Source of the DNA: Terriglobia bacterium
GTDB lineage: Bacteria; Acidobacteriota; Terriglobia; Bryobacterales; Bryobacteraceae
DNA length: 64,000 bases
Assembly: GCA_020073615.1 (NCBI GenBank)
Contig: JAIQEX010000013.1
Span: 9,786-73,785 of the forward strand
Reading direction: 5' to 3'
Positions 52,391-61,716 of the stretch are shown in pieces (position 1 is the first letter of the stretch; every line of letters begins with the position of its first letter). The notes under the pieces are model-generated. The model made no database searches. It worked only from the letters and a program-made list of their open reading frames with translations, and had not been told where the DNA came from. Both the position numbers and the translations under genes were made by a program.

Positions 52391-53038
52391 CTAGCTCTTG
52401 ACTTGGTGTTCGGAGAGCAACTGGCGCATGGCGGCCTCCAGTTCGGCCACGCGGCGGGCGAGGTCGTCGATGGCCTGGCCTTCGGGATCGGGGAGCCTGC
52501 CGTGTTCCAGCGGCCCGCCCTCGGGACGGATGCGCACCACCCGGCCGGGCACGCCCACCACGGTGGAGTTGTCCGGGACGGCATGCACCACCACCGAGCC
52601 GGCGCCAATCTTGACATTGTCGCCGATGCGGATGTTGCCCAGCACCTTGGCGCCCGTGCCCACCACCACGCGACTGCCCAGCGTGGGGTGGCGCTTGCCT
52701 TTTTCGTTGCCCGTACCGCCCAGCGTTACGCCCTGGTAGAGCAGCACGTCGTCGCCGATCTCGGCCGTCTCGCCGATCACCACGCCCATGCCGTGATCAA
52801 TGAAGAAGCGGCGGCCGATGCGGGCGCCGGGGTGGATCTCGATGCCCGTGAAGAAGCGGCTGATCTGCGAGAGCACGCGCGGCGCCAGGGGCACCCCCCA
52901 GCGGTACAGTTTGTGCGCCAGGCGATGCGCCAGGATGGCGTGGAAGCCGGGATAACAGAAGAAGATCTCGATGACGCTTTTGGCCGCGGGGTCCTCGCGG
53001 AAGATGGTGTCGATCTGTTCCCGGACGGCGCGAAACAT
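52391..53038 (-). CDS. cysE: serine O-acetyltransferase
   Basis: The internal ATG at 53038 is chosen. '[17 protein letters not shown]...[33 protein letters not shown]' carries the hexapeptide repeats. Confidence 0.9.
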   Translation of the reverse strand: MFRAVREQIDTIFREDPAAKSVIEIFFCYPGFHAILAHRLAHKLYRWGVPLAPRVLSQISRFFTGIEIHPGARIGRRFFIDHGMGVVIGETAEIGDDVLLYQGVTLGGTGNEKGKRHPTLGSRVVVGTGAKVLGNIRIGDNVKIGAGSVVVHAVPDNSTVVGVPGRVVRIRPEGGPLEHGRLPDPEGQAIDDLARRVAELEAAMRQLLSEHQVKS

Positions 53039-53058
53039 AAGGCGTTCTCGGGACGCCG

Positions 53059-53559
53059 CTAGTGCGCGGGCCCCTCGCCCGCCGCCACTACCGGGGCCTG
53101 GGCGCCCGCCGGTACAGGCGCGAGCATGTCTTCCTTGCGTTTGACCAGCGTGGCGGTGTTGTAGCTGGCCACCTCGAAGCCATGGCCGTGGGTGATGGCG
53201 TCGGTGGGGCAGGCTTCCACACAGTAGCCGCAGAAAATGCAGCGATTGTAATCGATATTGTAGACTTTGGCGTAGCGCTCGCCGCCCGAGATGCGGGTCT
53301 GCGCGGTGTTCTCGGCGGCCTCGATGTAAATGCAGTTGGCAGGACAGGCGGCGGCGCACAGGAAGCACGCCACGCATTTCTCCATGCCGTTTTCGTCGCG
53401 CTGCAGCACATGGGCGCCGCGGTAGCGCTCCTCGAATTTCGGCGGCTCGTCGGGATAGTACTCCGTCACCGTGGGCGACAGCATCTCCTTGAACGTGACG
53501 CTCATCCCCTTGGCAATGGCCGCCGCGGTACCCAGAACTTCTTCGAATTTGTTGGCCAT
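53059..53559 (-). CDS. nuoI: NADH-quinone oxidoreductase subunit I-like 2x[4Fe-4S] protein
   Basis: '[16 protein letters not shown]' and '[16 protein letters not shown]' sit with NuoI-type flanks ('[10 protein letters not shown]', '[10 protein letters not shown]'). Confidence 0.8.
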   Translation of the reverse strand: MANKFEEVLGTAAAIAKGMSVTFKEMLSPTVTEYYPDEPPKFEERYRGAHVLQRDENGMEKCVACFLCAAACPANCIYIEAAENTAQTRISGGERYAKVYNIDYNRCIFCGYCVEACPTDAITHGHGFEVASYNTATLVKRKEDMLAPVPAGAQAPVVAAGEGPAH

Positions 53560-53619
53560 CGGGCTATCTACATTCTATCGTGGCTGCGAGCTCCCGCCGG
53601 GAGCTCAGTTGCGCGACCC

Positions 53620-54108
53620 TCAACCGGCCTTCCATTCCGGAACGTTGTCGTCCGGGCGGAACGCGGCAACGCCGGCTTTGCCCGCGAGCCATTCGATGTC
53701 CCGCTTGCTCCAGCCTTCGACCACGCGCGCGACGGAGCCAGCGCGCTCCACCAGGAACAGGGTGGGCACGCTCGAGATGCCAAATGCGTTGCTCGCCCGA
53801 AAGCCATTCTCTTCGTTGTCCAGCAATGTGGGAAACGTTACCCCGAACCGCCGGTTGAATTCGCGGGTATCGCCGGCATCGTTTTGCGAAATGCCGTAGA
53901 TGGCGAGCGTGCCGCCCGCATGCAGGCGTTCGAGAAACGGAAACGTAAGCTGGCACACCGGACAGGTAACCTTGAAGAACGCCAGCACCGCCGGAGGGTG
54001 CGCCACAATCTCCGCGAGCGTGGTTTCCGCCCCGCCCAGCAGCGGCAGCCGGAAATCGGGCGCCCGCGCGCCGGTGGCGAGCAGGGAGAGCTGTTTGTGT
54101 GCTGCCAT
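53620..54108 (-). CDS. thioredoxin-fold redoxin (TlpA/AhpC-TSA-like)
   Basis: 'APDFRLPLLGG...AFFKVTCPVCQ' has a CxxC in a peroxiredoxin-like context. Confidence 0.7.
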   Translation of the reverse strand: MAAHKQLSLLATGARAPDFRLPLLGGAETTLAEIVAHPPAVLAFFKVTCPVCQLTFPFLERLHAGGTLAIYGISQNDAGDTREFNRRFGVTFPTLLDNEENGFRASNAFGISSVPTLFLVERAGSVARVVEGWSKRDIEWLAGKAGVAAFRPDDNVPEWKAG

Positions 54109-54270
54109 ATGTAGATTTTGACGCGGTACCGGCTAAAATAGCCAGCCCGTTTTCAAGCAACCCCTTTCAAACCGTGCATGCGGTTTTCCCACGCCCGGAT
54201 TGCCTGCCGCATCGATCTGCTCCACACGACGCCCTTCTCCATCATAGCGTCCGCCCGGTGCCCGGCGTGG

Positions 54271-54684
54271 TCACGCACGCGCCCGTGTTCCTGGCCGGCC
54301 TTTCACCTGGTTAGCCACGCTGATGGTCTGCCGCCAGATCTGCCCGTTGTTGCCTGACGTGCAGGCGGTCTGCCCCTGGTCGCATGGGTACAGGCTCAGG
54401 GCCAGCAGGTTGCCCGCGGTCAGACCGGCCAATTGCAACCGGCCGTTCCAGGTGTAAGTCACTCCGTTGCCGAGCGCCAGGGTGTCCGGGACGCCAGCCG
54501 CCTTGGGGCTCGCCTGGCGTTCCGCATTCGGCACGGAGCGCTCGCCGACTACGTGGCGAACCTCCTCTTCCATCGCGCCCATCGTCAGCAGCAACCCGGC
54601 CTCGCGCATCATGGGGCCCACGCCCTCTTCGAGCATGCCTACGATGCCCGCCATCGGCAACATCATCTGGACGACGGGATTCAC
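54271..54684 (-). pseudogene. mosaic ORF made of gene fragments (transposase-like N-terminus plus YD/Rhs-like piece)
   Basis: 'LLLTMGAMEEEVRHVVGERSVPNAERQ' resembles the LMEAEV..LGAERYER helix of mutator/IS256-type transposases. 'GNGVTYTWNGRLQLAGL' resembles a YD repeat. No intact domain is present. Confidence 0.3.
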
Positions 54685-54713
54685 CTCGGTGGCGGGCCAA
54701 CGGAAATCACGCT

Positions 54714-56057
54714 TTACAGCGTCAGCAGATACTTCACCAGGTCGCTCTTTTCGCTGTCGCTCAGTTGCAGGTGCATCAGGCCGTCATAGTGGTTCACCAC
54801 GTCGGGAAGGGTCGGGAAGCGGCCATCGTGATAAAAGCCGCCCTTCTGATGAGTGAAGAGTCCGGCCAAAGGCGACGTGCGGTAGATTTTGTCGGGCGAG
54901 CGGTTGGCCTGGAAATCGTCCACACCGACTTCGGCCGGGGTGTGCGCATTCCAGCCGGGCTCGGTGAACAGCGGCGGCGTATGGCAGGTGGCGCAACGGG
55001 CCTTGCCGTTGAACAGCGCCTCGCCGCGGTTGGCCGCCGCCAGGTTCGAGGGATCGGCGGGCGGCTTAGGCGCCGAAATGTTCAACTGATAGAGTTGCAG
55101 GTCCGCCAGTTTGGAGGTGACGCGGTCGTCCGCCGGGTCGATTTGCACGTTATTGAAGCCGTTCCGCGCGGCCACGGGAAATTGCACGGGATCGCTCAGC
55201 CGCGGATCGAAAAACCGGCCCTTGCCGTGCATTTCCAGAACGGCCACGAAGGCATTCCAGTAGGGTACCGAGCCCCAACCGGTCCAGGTGTGCAGGTTGA
55301 CGCCCGCCAGGCCGAACGCGGGCGGGATCAGCACGGCGGCAGTCAAACCGTCCGGCCGGAAAGCTTTGCCATCGAGGAAAACTTCCGCGTCGAACTTTCC
55401 CGGCCCCCAGGCCAGCAGCACTTTGCGGAGCGTGGCATCGTCCACACCCAGCACCTTCTCCGGAACGGAAAGATCGGGCGCCAGGTTGACGATGGCGCCG
55501 ACATTCAGGTCGCGGTTCGCCCAGCCGTCCAGGCGGTGCCCGATGTTGCCGGCCGGAATGCCGGGCGCCGTGAATGAGTTGTCCACCGTCGAATGGCACA
55601 GCGCGCACTGAATGCCCATGGACTTCAAGCTGCCGTCCGGGTTGAAGAATCCGGTCACGCCCACCACCGCATTCAGCTTGAGCAGAGCCAGCGTGGTGGC
55701 CGGGCTATTGAGGTTCACCTTCCCGTTGCGCACATCGCTGACGAGCGAACCGGGAAGCGCGTCGGCGTCCACCTTCAATCCCACGGCGAGCGCGGTGGCG
55801 GGGCTCACGCCAGGACCCACGCCACCCAACGCAGAGCCCTCGATTGCCTGGTGCAGTTTGAGAGCGTCGCCCCAGAACGCCTCGTCGCCAAACGTGTCGA
55901 AGCGGAAGGTCTGCTGTCCGGGATTGGGCATCCGCTTCTCGTTGCGCGGGCCATCTCCCCGGTCGCCCCGGTCGCCGTCGGCACGCAGGCCGACGGCCAG
56001 AAAAACGGCGGCCGACGCGCTTACCAGTGCCAGACGAAAGATCTGTTTCCTGTTCAT
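54714..56057 (-). CDS. di-haem cytochrome c peroxidase-like protein
   Basis: The internal ATG at 56057 gives 'MNRKQIFRLALVSASAAVFLAVG'. There are two CxxCH sites, 'CALCHS' and 'CATCHT'. Confidence 0.7.
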   Translation of the reverse strand: MNRKQIFRLALVSASAAVFLAVGLRADGDRGDRGDGPRNEKRMPNPGQQTFRFDTFGDEAFWGDALKLHQAIEGSALGGVGPGVSPATALAVGLKVDADALPGSLVSDVRNGKVNLNSPATTLALLKLNAVVGVTGFFNPDGSLKSMGIQCALCHSTVDNSFTAPGIPAGNIGHRLDGWANRDLNVGAIVNLAPDLSVPEKVLGVDDATLRKVLLAWGPGKFDAEVFLDGKAFRPDGLTAAVLIPPAFGLAGVNLHTWTGWGSVPYWNAFVAVLEMHGKGRFFDPRLSDPVQFPVAARNGFNNVQIDPADDRVTSKLADLQLYQLNISAPKPPADPSNLAAANRGEALFNGKARCATCHTPPLFTEPGWNAHTPAEVGVDDFQANRSPDKIYRTSPLAGLFTHQKGGFYHDGRFPTLPDVVNHYDGLMHLQLSDSEKSDLVKYLLTL

Positions 56058-56168
56058 TGTTCCCCCCCTGTCAATTTCGTTTATGTCTATATGCAGATCA
56101 GGCGCCAACGAGCTTGCGACTGACATGCGGACTTTTTTGTCGCGAAAACATGCAATTGTTGCCGCCGA

Positions 56169-56594
56169 TCATGCAGGATCTGCTGCCACTGAGGCCAGAC
56201 GGTACAGCGCGAACGCGCCCAAAGCCAGTCCGAGATCGCGCAGCGCCACATCCAGATAAGCGCCCATCGATACCAAGCTGACAATGATGAGGCACAGCCA
56301 GGCGGCCACAACCGGTGCGCCGACGCGGGGTTTCAGGGCGACGAGAAGTCCCGCCGCCATCTCTACGACTCCCACGGCGAGCATCAGACTGTGGCCGGAG
56401 ATGGGCGACAGCCTTACGATCCAGGGCGCCAGGTACTGGTCCCAATTCGCGAGCAGGTGGAAAAACTTGTCGAGCCCGGCGAGAATGGGCGCCACGGTAA
56501 AAGCAAAATGCAGAATCTGATAAGCCTGGTGCGCCGGGCTGGTGCGCTCTCGAGTGAATGCCTGGCCGGCGGTGGCTGCGATGGTGTTGGTCAC
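56169..56594 (-). CDS. small integral membrane protein (DoxX-like, four predicted TM helices)
   Basis: A GTG at 56594 lies 6 nt after GGAGGA. The hydrophobic segments include 'ILHFAFTVAPILAGL', 'LMLAVGVVEMAAGLLVAL' and 'VVAAWLCLIIVSLV'. Confidence 0.5.
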   Translation of the reverse strand: MTNTIAATAGQAFTRERTSPAHQAYQILHFAFTVAPILAGLDKFFHLLANWDQYLAPWIVRLSPISGHSLMLAVGVVEMAAGLLVALKPRVGAPVVAAWLCLIIVSLVSMGAYLDVALRDLGLALGAFALYRLASVAADPA

Positions 56595-56680
56595 GAGAAA
56601 TCCTCCGCTAGCACGGAGTCGCCAGCGGCCGATTGGTTGCACGGTAACCTTTCGCACGCTCGGGACTCTATACTGGTAAC

Positions 56681-57355
56681 GTGTTGGAAGACTGCCAGTC
56701 CCTATCCGATGAAGAGATCGTCGGCCGTGTGCGCGCCGGAGAGACGCGCCTGTACGAACTGCTGATGCGCCGCTATAATCAGCGGCTGTACCGCACCATC
56801 CGGTCGGTGATCTCCTCCGACGTGGACGCGGAGGATGTACTGCAGGAGGCCTGGGTCCGCGCGTACGAGCACCTGGAGCAGTTCGCCGGTAGAGCGGCGT
56901 TCTCGACCTGGGTCACGAAGATTGCGCTATACGAGGCGTTCGGGCGCGCGCGCAAAGGCAAGCGGTTGCAGGCATTGGAAGACGACGACGGAGAGATCAT
57001 GGCAGAAGCGCGGCAGGGTATGACGAATGCGGACGATCCCGAGAAGCAGGCGATGCGGGACGAGTTGGGGCAGGTGCTGCAGTCGGCGGTCGACGGCCTG
57101 CCGGAAACGTACCGCTCGGTATTTGTGCTGCGCGAAGTGGAACAACTGAGCACGGTCGAGACGGCGCAGTGTCTGAGCCTGTCGGAGGAGGCCGTGAAGA
57201 CGCGGCTCCACCGGTCGCGCGCGCTGCTGCGCCGCGATCTGGAGACCCGCATGGGCCCGGCGGTGGTCGAGACCTATGCGTTCATGGGCCACCGCTGCGA
57301 CCGCGTGGTGGCCACAGTCATGGAGCGCATTGGGCGCCTCATCCCCCGCCGCTGA
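56681..57355 (+). CDS. ECF-type sigma-70 factor with an approximately 40-aa C-terminal extension
   Basis: Region 2 is 'DAEDVLQEAWVRAYEHLEQFAGRAAFSTWVTKIA' and region 4 is 'YRSVFVLREVEQLSTVETAQCLSLSEEAVKTRLHRSR'. The extra tail is 'RMGPAVVETYAFMGHRCDRVVATVMERIGRL'. Confidence 0.85.
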   Translation: MLEDCQSLSDEEIVGRVRAGETRLYELLMRRYNQRLYRTIRSVISSDVDAEDVLQEAWVRAYEHLEQFAGRAAFSTWVTKIALYEAFGRARKGKRLQALEDDDGEIMAEARQGMTNADDPEKQAMRDELGQVLQSAVDGLPETYRSVFVLREVEQLSTVETAQCLSLSEEAVKTRLHRSRALLRRDLETRMGPAVVETYAFMGHRCDRVVATVMERIGRLIPRR

Positions 57356-57409
57356 GAGATCGGACGAGCCGGTAGCGTAGTAGCTGCTGGAGGCCGAGAT
57401 CGTCTTTCC

Positions 57410-58636
57410 CTACTTCTTCTTTCCCGGCAGGCCCGCCGGGTTCTCGTGGGTACGCTCGCGGAAGTTCCCGCGCAGGCCCGCCGCCAGCGAGACGGCCGAT
57501 TCTCCGAAGCGGTCGCGCATCCGGTCGGCTGCGGCCATCGCGTTCTGCCAGCGCTGGTGGCGATCCTCCCCCATGAGGCTCATCTGCTCGGCGCCCTCCC
57601 CCCAGCCGGAAACGTGCACTCCCAGCAGCCGCACCTGGGCGCCGGCCTTCCAGTTGGTCTTGAACAGCTCCCGGATCTCCGCGAACAGCTCGGTGTCGAG
57701 TTGCGTCGCGCGCTCCACGGAATGGGCGCGCGTGATCGTCGAAAAATCCTCGTAGCGCAGCTTGAGCTGGATGGTGCGGGCGAAAAGTCCGTGCTCGCGC
57801 AAGCGACGTCCCACCAGTTCGCAGAGCCGCGCCAGCGTGGACTCGATCTGCGCCACCTCCGCCGTGTCCTCGTTGAAGGTATGCTCGTGGCTGATGGATT
57901 TCGGCCCCTCGGCGGCGCCGATCTCGGTGTCGTACCACCCGCCCGCATCCTGGCCGCGCGATTTTCCGGCGAGCGCCATCCCCCACTTCCCGAAGCGCTG
58001 TTCCAGGAACGCTTCGTCGAGGCGCGCCAGGTCCCCCACTTTGCGGATGCCCAGGGCGTGCAGGTTCCGTTCCGTCACCTTGCCCACACCTGGAACCTTG
58101 CGCACGTCGAGCGGCGCCAGGAACGCGGCCTCCCGGCCCGCCATCACCCACAACACGCCGTTGGGCTTGGCCTGGTCCGAGCCGATCTTGGCCACCAGCC
58201 GCGAAGCCGCAATGCCGATGGAGCAGTTCAGGCGGGTCTCGCTCTTCATGCGCGCGTGCAGGCGATCGGCCGCGCGCAGCGGCGGCCCGTGGAGGCGCTC
58301 GGTCCCGGTCATGTCCAGGTACGCTTCGTCGATCGAGGCCATCTCCACCAGCGGGGAAAACGAAAGCAGCACATCGTAGACCTTGTGTGAGTACTCGCTA
58401 TAGCGCTCCGGATGCCCGTCGACGAAAATAGCCTGGGGGCAGAGCTTGTAAGCCGTGCGCAGCGGCATGGCCGAATGGACGCCGAACTTGCGGGCCGCGT
58501 ACGACGCCGCCGAAACCACGCCGCGCTCGGTGGGCCGCCCGCCGACGACCACCGGTTTGCCCGCGAGCGACGGATCGTACAGCTCTTCCACGGACACGAA
58601 GAACGCGTCCATGTCGACGTGGAAGTAAGTCCGCAC
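57410..58636 (-). CDS. dinB: DNA polymerase IV
   Basis: 'FHVDMDAFFVSVEE' and 'SIDEAYLDMTG' are Y-family catalytic motifs; 408 aa. Confidence 0.95.
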   Translation of the reverse strand: MRTYFHVDMDAFFVSVEELYDPSLAGKPVVVGGRPTERGVVSAASYAARKFGVHSAMPLRTAYKLCPQAIFVDGHPERYSEYSHKVYDVLLSFSPLVEMASIDEAYLDMTGTERLHGPPLRAADRLHARMKSETRLNCSIGIAASRLVAKIGSDQAKPNGVLWVMAGREAAFLAPLDVRKVPGVGKVTERNLHALGIRKVGDLARLDEAFLEQRFGKWGMALAGKSRGQDAGGWYDTEIGAAEGPKSISHEHTFNEDTAEVAQIESTLARLCELVGRRLREHGLFARTIQLKLRYEDFSTITRAHSVERATQLDTELFAEIRELFKTNWKAGAQVRLLGVHVSGWGEGAEQMSLMGEDRHQRWQNAMAAADRMRDRFGESAVSLAAGLRGNFRERTHENPAGLPGKKK

Positions 58637-58640
58637 CGCT

Positions 58641-59408
58641 TCAGCTTACCGCTTTGCCGTGGAACTTCTTCAAGCCTAACGCCAGCAGCAGAACGTTGAC
58701 GCTCGCCAGCACGGCGATCACAATCCACGTGTTCATGTGCTCGACATGCGTCAGCGTGCCGCGCAGACCCTCGCTGGCATAGACCAGCGGATTGATGAGC
58801 ACCGCGTATTGCAGCACTGGGAAGGCGCGCAGCGCGCTCCACGGATAGTAGGCGCAGCCGAACATCATCATGGGCGCCAGCACCAGGCTGAACATCAGGC
58901 CGATTTGCGTCTGGCCCACGCTGCACCCCAGCGCCAGCCCGCCGACCGACGAAAAGAACGCCACCAGCAGGCAGACCGCGACGAATTCCAGCGGGTGTTC
59001 GAAGTTCAGGTTCACCCCCCGGCCCAGCGTCAGCCACGCCGCGGGAATCACCACCAGGCCCGCCACCAGCGCCTGGATCATTCCCGCGACAATCTTCTCC
59101 ACCGCCAGCCAGCCGATCTCCATGGGCGCCAGCAGCCGGTCCTCAATCTCGCGGGTGAACTGAAATTCCGCGATCAACGGCATGGCCACCGCCTGCACGC
59201 CGGCCAGCACCATGCTGATGGCCATGATGCCGGGCAGCAACACGCTCTTGTAGGACCCCTGCATCATGCCGCTGGTGGTCAGCACACGGCCGAAAACAAA
59301 GGTCAGGAGCATCGGCTGAAGCAGGTTCTGCACCAGCATGGGCAGCAGGTTGCGGCGGGCCACATGCCCGTCGCGCGAAAGCAGGGCGTAAAATGTTTTC
59401 CAGTTCAA
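58641..59408 (-). CDS. ABC-2-type transporter permease
   Basis: Six hydrophobic segments; 255 aa. The start overlaps the upstream ATPase gene stop. Confidence 0.8.
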   Translation of the reverse strand: MNWKTFYALLSRDGHVARRNLLPMLVQNLLQPMLLTFVFGRVLTTSGMMQGSYKSVLLPGIMAISMVLAGVQAVAMPLIAEFQFTREIEDRLLAPMEIGWLAVEKIVAGMIQALVAGLVVIPAAWLTLGRGVNLNFEHPLEFVAVCLLVAFFSSVGGLALGCSVGQTQIGLMFSLVLAPMMMFGCAYYPWSALRAFPVLQYAVLINPLVYASEGLRGTLTHVEHMNTWIVIAVLASVNVLLLALGLKKFHGKAVS

Positions 59409-60433
59409 TCGCGCAAACTCCTTCCGGTGTGGTGCAGAAACAGGTTCTCCAGGCTCGGCTCGGAGATGTGCACATCGCGCAGCTCGATCGCCGCGGCCTG
59501 CGCCGTGTTCACGATGGAGGCGATCAGCGGCCCTCCGCGGTCGGCGTAAACGTCGGCCGCGATGTGGTCCGCCGAGCGTACCTCGGTCACCCCGGGCAGT
59601 TTCTTCAATTCGGCCATCAGCTCCTCGGTCACGCGGTCGAATCGCAGCCGCAGAAGATATCCGCCGGGAATGGACGCTTTGAGCTCCTGGGGCGTGCCTT
59701 GCGCGATAATCTTGCCGTGATCGATGATGGCCAGCCGGTGGCTCAGCGTGTCGGCCTCATCCATGTAGTGGGTGGTGAGCACGATGGTCTTGCCGAGCTT
59801 GTTGTAGCCCCGGATGATCTCCCACAGCAGCAGCCGCGTCTGCGGATCGAGACCGGCCGAGGGCTCGTCCAGGAACAGGATCTCGGGATCGTGCATCATG
59901 GCGCGGGCGATGGAGAGGCGCTGCATCATGCCGCCGGAAAAAGTTCGGACCATGTGGTCGGCGCGGTCGGTCAGCTTGAACTGTTCCAGCAACTCCCCGG
60001 TGCGCCTGGCGCGTTCGCGCGCGTTTTGGCCGAAATAGGCGCCATGAAACAGCAGCACCTCGCGCGCCGTCAGGGCGAAATCGAGGTTGGGCCGCTGCGC
60101 CACCACGCCGATCAGGCGCTTGGCTTTCACCTGCTCCCGCCAGATGTCGAAGTCACCGATGAAGGCGCGCCCGCTGGTCGGCCGCGTGCGCGTGGTCAGG
60201 ACCCCTATGGCGGTCGATTTGCCCGCGCCGTTGGGCCCCAGCAGGCCGAAGACTTCGCCCGGGCGCATTTCGAGCGAAACGCCGTCGAGGGCCACGACCT
60301 CGAACTTTTTCTTCTTCTCCTTGGGCGCGCCGGACCGCATCGGCGTAAACGAAAAGCCCGCCCCCCGCGCCGCGCTGGGCGGCGGCGTGTCGTATACTTT
60401 GCGCAGATTCTCCAGGCGAATTCCGATTCCCAT
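59405..60433 (-). CDS. ABC transporter ATP-binding protein (DrrA-like)
   Basis: It has Walker A 'GPNGAGKST', the signature 'FSGGMMQRLS' and Walker B 'ILFLDEPSAGLD'. Confidence 0.9.
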   Translation of the reverse strand: MGIGIRLENLRKVYDTPPPSAARGAGFSFTPMRSGAPKEKKKKFEVVALDGVSLEMRPGEVFGLLGPNGAGKSTAIGVLTTRTRPTSGRAFIGDFDIWREQVKAKRLIGVVAQRPNLDFALTAREVLLFHGAYFGQNARERARRTGELLEQFKLTDRADHMVRTFSGGMMQRLSIARAMMHDPEILFLDEPSAGLDPQTRLLLWEIIRGYNKLGKTIVLTTHYMDEADTLSHRLAIIDHGKIIAQGTPQELKASIPGGYLLRLRFDRVTEELMAELKKLPGVTEVRSADHIAADVYADRGGPLIASIVNTAQAAAIELRDVHISEPSLENLFLHHTGRSLRD

Positions 60434-60456
60434 GCACTACCTCCCCAGCCGCTCCC

Positions 60457-60969
60457 TCAGAGCTCCTCCAGGTCGCGGCGCGCGCGGTCGAGAATGGTGC
60501 GGACGCGATCTGTGCCCGCTCGCCCGGCGGCCCGCAGGCTGGCCTTCATCACCGCCGAAAGTGGCCCGAACACCATCATTGTTTCCGGCCCCAGGCACTG
60601 TCCCCAGTCCTCGCACTCCTCGGCCCGCTCCCAGATCCGGCGGACTCCGTCCGGGTCGCGTCCGAGCTCCTTCCGGCCCGCCTTGGTAAGCTCGCAGACG
60701 CGCCGGCCGCTGTGCTGTTTGGACCGGATCAGCTCCTCGTCTTCCAGTTGCTGCAGGGTCGGGTAGACGCTCCCCGCGCTGGCGCTGTACACTCCGCCCG
60801 AGCGCTCGGTCATCTCCTTCATCAACTGATAGCCGTGCTTGGGGCCCTCGCTGAGCAGCGAGAGGATCGCCAGGCGGATTTCGCCCGATTCGAAGAAGCG
60901 TCCCCGCCGCCCAAAAGCGAAGGCGGCCCATGGGTAGGCGCCGCCAAAGCCCCACGGTTGCTTGCTCAT
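60457..60969 (-). CDS. PadR-family transcriptional regulator
   Basis: 'LAILSLLSEGPKHGYQLMKEMTERSGGVYSASAGSVYPTLQQLEDEELI' is a PadR winged helix. Confidence 0.85.
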   Translation of the reverse strand: MSKQPWGFGGAYPWAAFAFGRRGRFFESGEIRLAILSLLSEGPKHGYQLMKEMTERSGGVYSASAGSVYPTLQQLEDEELIRSKQHSGRRVCELTKAGRKELGRDPDGVRRIWERAEECEDWGQCLGPETMMVFGPLSAVMKASLRAAGRAGTDRVRTILDRARRDLEEL

Positions 60970-61002
60970 GATATATCACACGATATATCAAAAACTATAT
61001 CG
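60970..61002 (-). promoter_or_regulatory. repeated palindromic octamers GATATATC upstream of padR (candidate operator)
   Basis: GATATATC occurs at 60970-60977, abutting the start codon, and again at 60982-60989, 12 bp centre to centre. A degenerate CGATATAG lies at 60995-61002. Confidence 0.35.
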
Positions 61003-61046
61003 GCGCAAGGGGCGCGCGAGGGGAGCGGGTGGAGCCCGGCGCGGGC

Positions 61047-61664
61047 CTATGGCAGCGCTGCGGCGGCCTTCGGGTAATCCTGGTTGGCCTTCACTTCGAG
61101 GATCTGCGCCGTGTGCCGGGAGGAATGCGCGGCCAGCAGCAACAGGAATTGATACGCATCCATGGGACCCACCGGCCCCGGTCCTACATGGACGCGGAGC
61201 CCGTCGCTGGTCGTCTTGGCGTACTCGATGGTCTTATCCCGCCGCGCCGTGAACTCGCGCGCCGCATCCGCGGGCGTGGCGAATTTGCCCGAAGGTACGA
61301 TCGCTTCGGGCGCCGTCGCTTTCCGGGAGCGGTCCTTGACGCCCGTGACAAATTTCTGATCGACCTCCGCAGTGGACTTCTCGGGCCGCGGCACCGCGGG
61401 CGTCTGCAGCACCTGCTGCGCCCCTTTGAAGATGTAGTCCTCCGCCAGGATGAGATGTTCGGCGCATTCCTCGACGGACCAGACCGCGGGCGCCGGTTTG
61501 AATTTCCATTGTGCGGCAGTCAATCCCTCGATGCTTGCCAGCATCTCTTTCTTGGAACTCTCGAGTTGCTGTAACAGGTACGCACGCTCATCGAGAGTCA
61601 TCGAGCCTTCGCCGGCGAACATCGGCGCCGCCGCGCATAGTACCAGGGCAATCGTCTTAATCAT
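61047..61664 (-). CDS. DinB/YfiT-like (DinB_2) family protein with signal peptide
   Basis: The internal ATG at 61664 gives 'MIKTIALVLCAAAPMFA'. 'WSVEECAEHLILAE' and 'LLLLAAHSSRHTAQI' fit the His-triad four-helix bundle pattern. Confidence 0.65.
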   Translation of the reverse strand: MIKTIALVLCAAAPMFAGEGSMTLDERAYLLQQLESSKKEMLASIEGLTAAQWKFKPAPAVWSVEECAEHLILAEDYIFKGAQQVLQTPAVPRPEKSTAEVDQKFVTGVKDRSRKATAPEAIVPSGKFATPADAAREFTARRDKTIEYAKTTSDGLRVHVGPGPVGPMDAYQFLLLLAAHSSRHTAQILEVKANQDYPKAAAALP

Positions 61665-61716
61665 TTCGTCCCTCCTTTTCCGACAGCCTACCACTGCGCA
61701 GGTGCGGTCTGCATCT

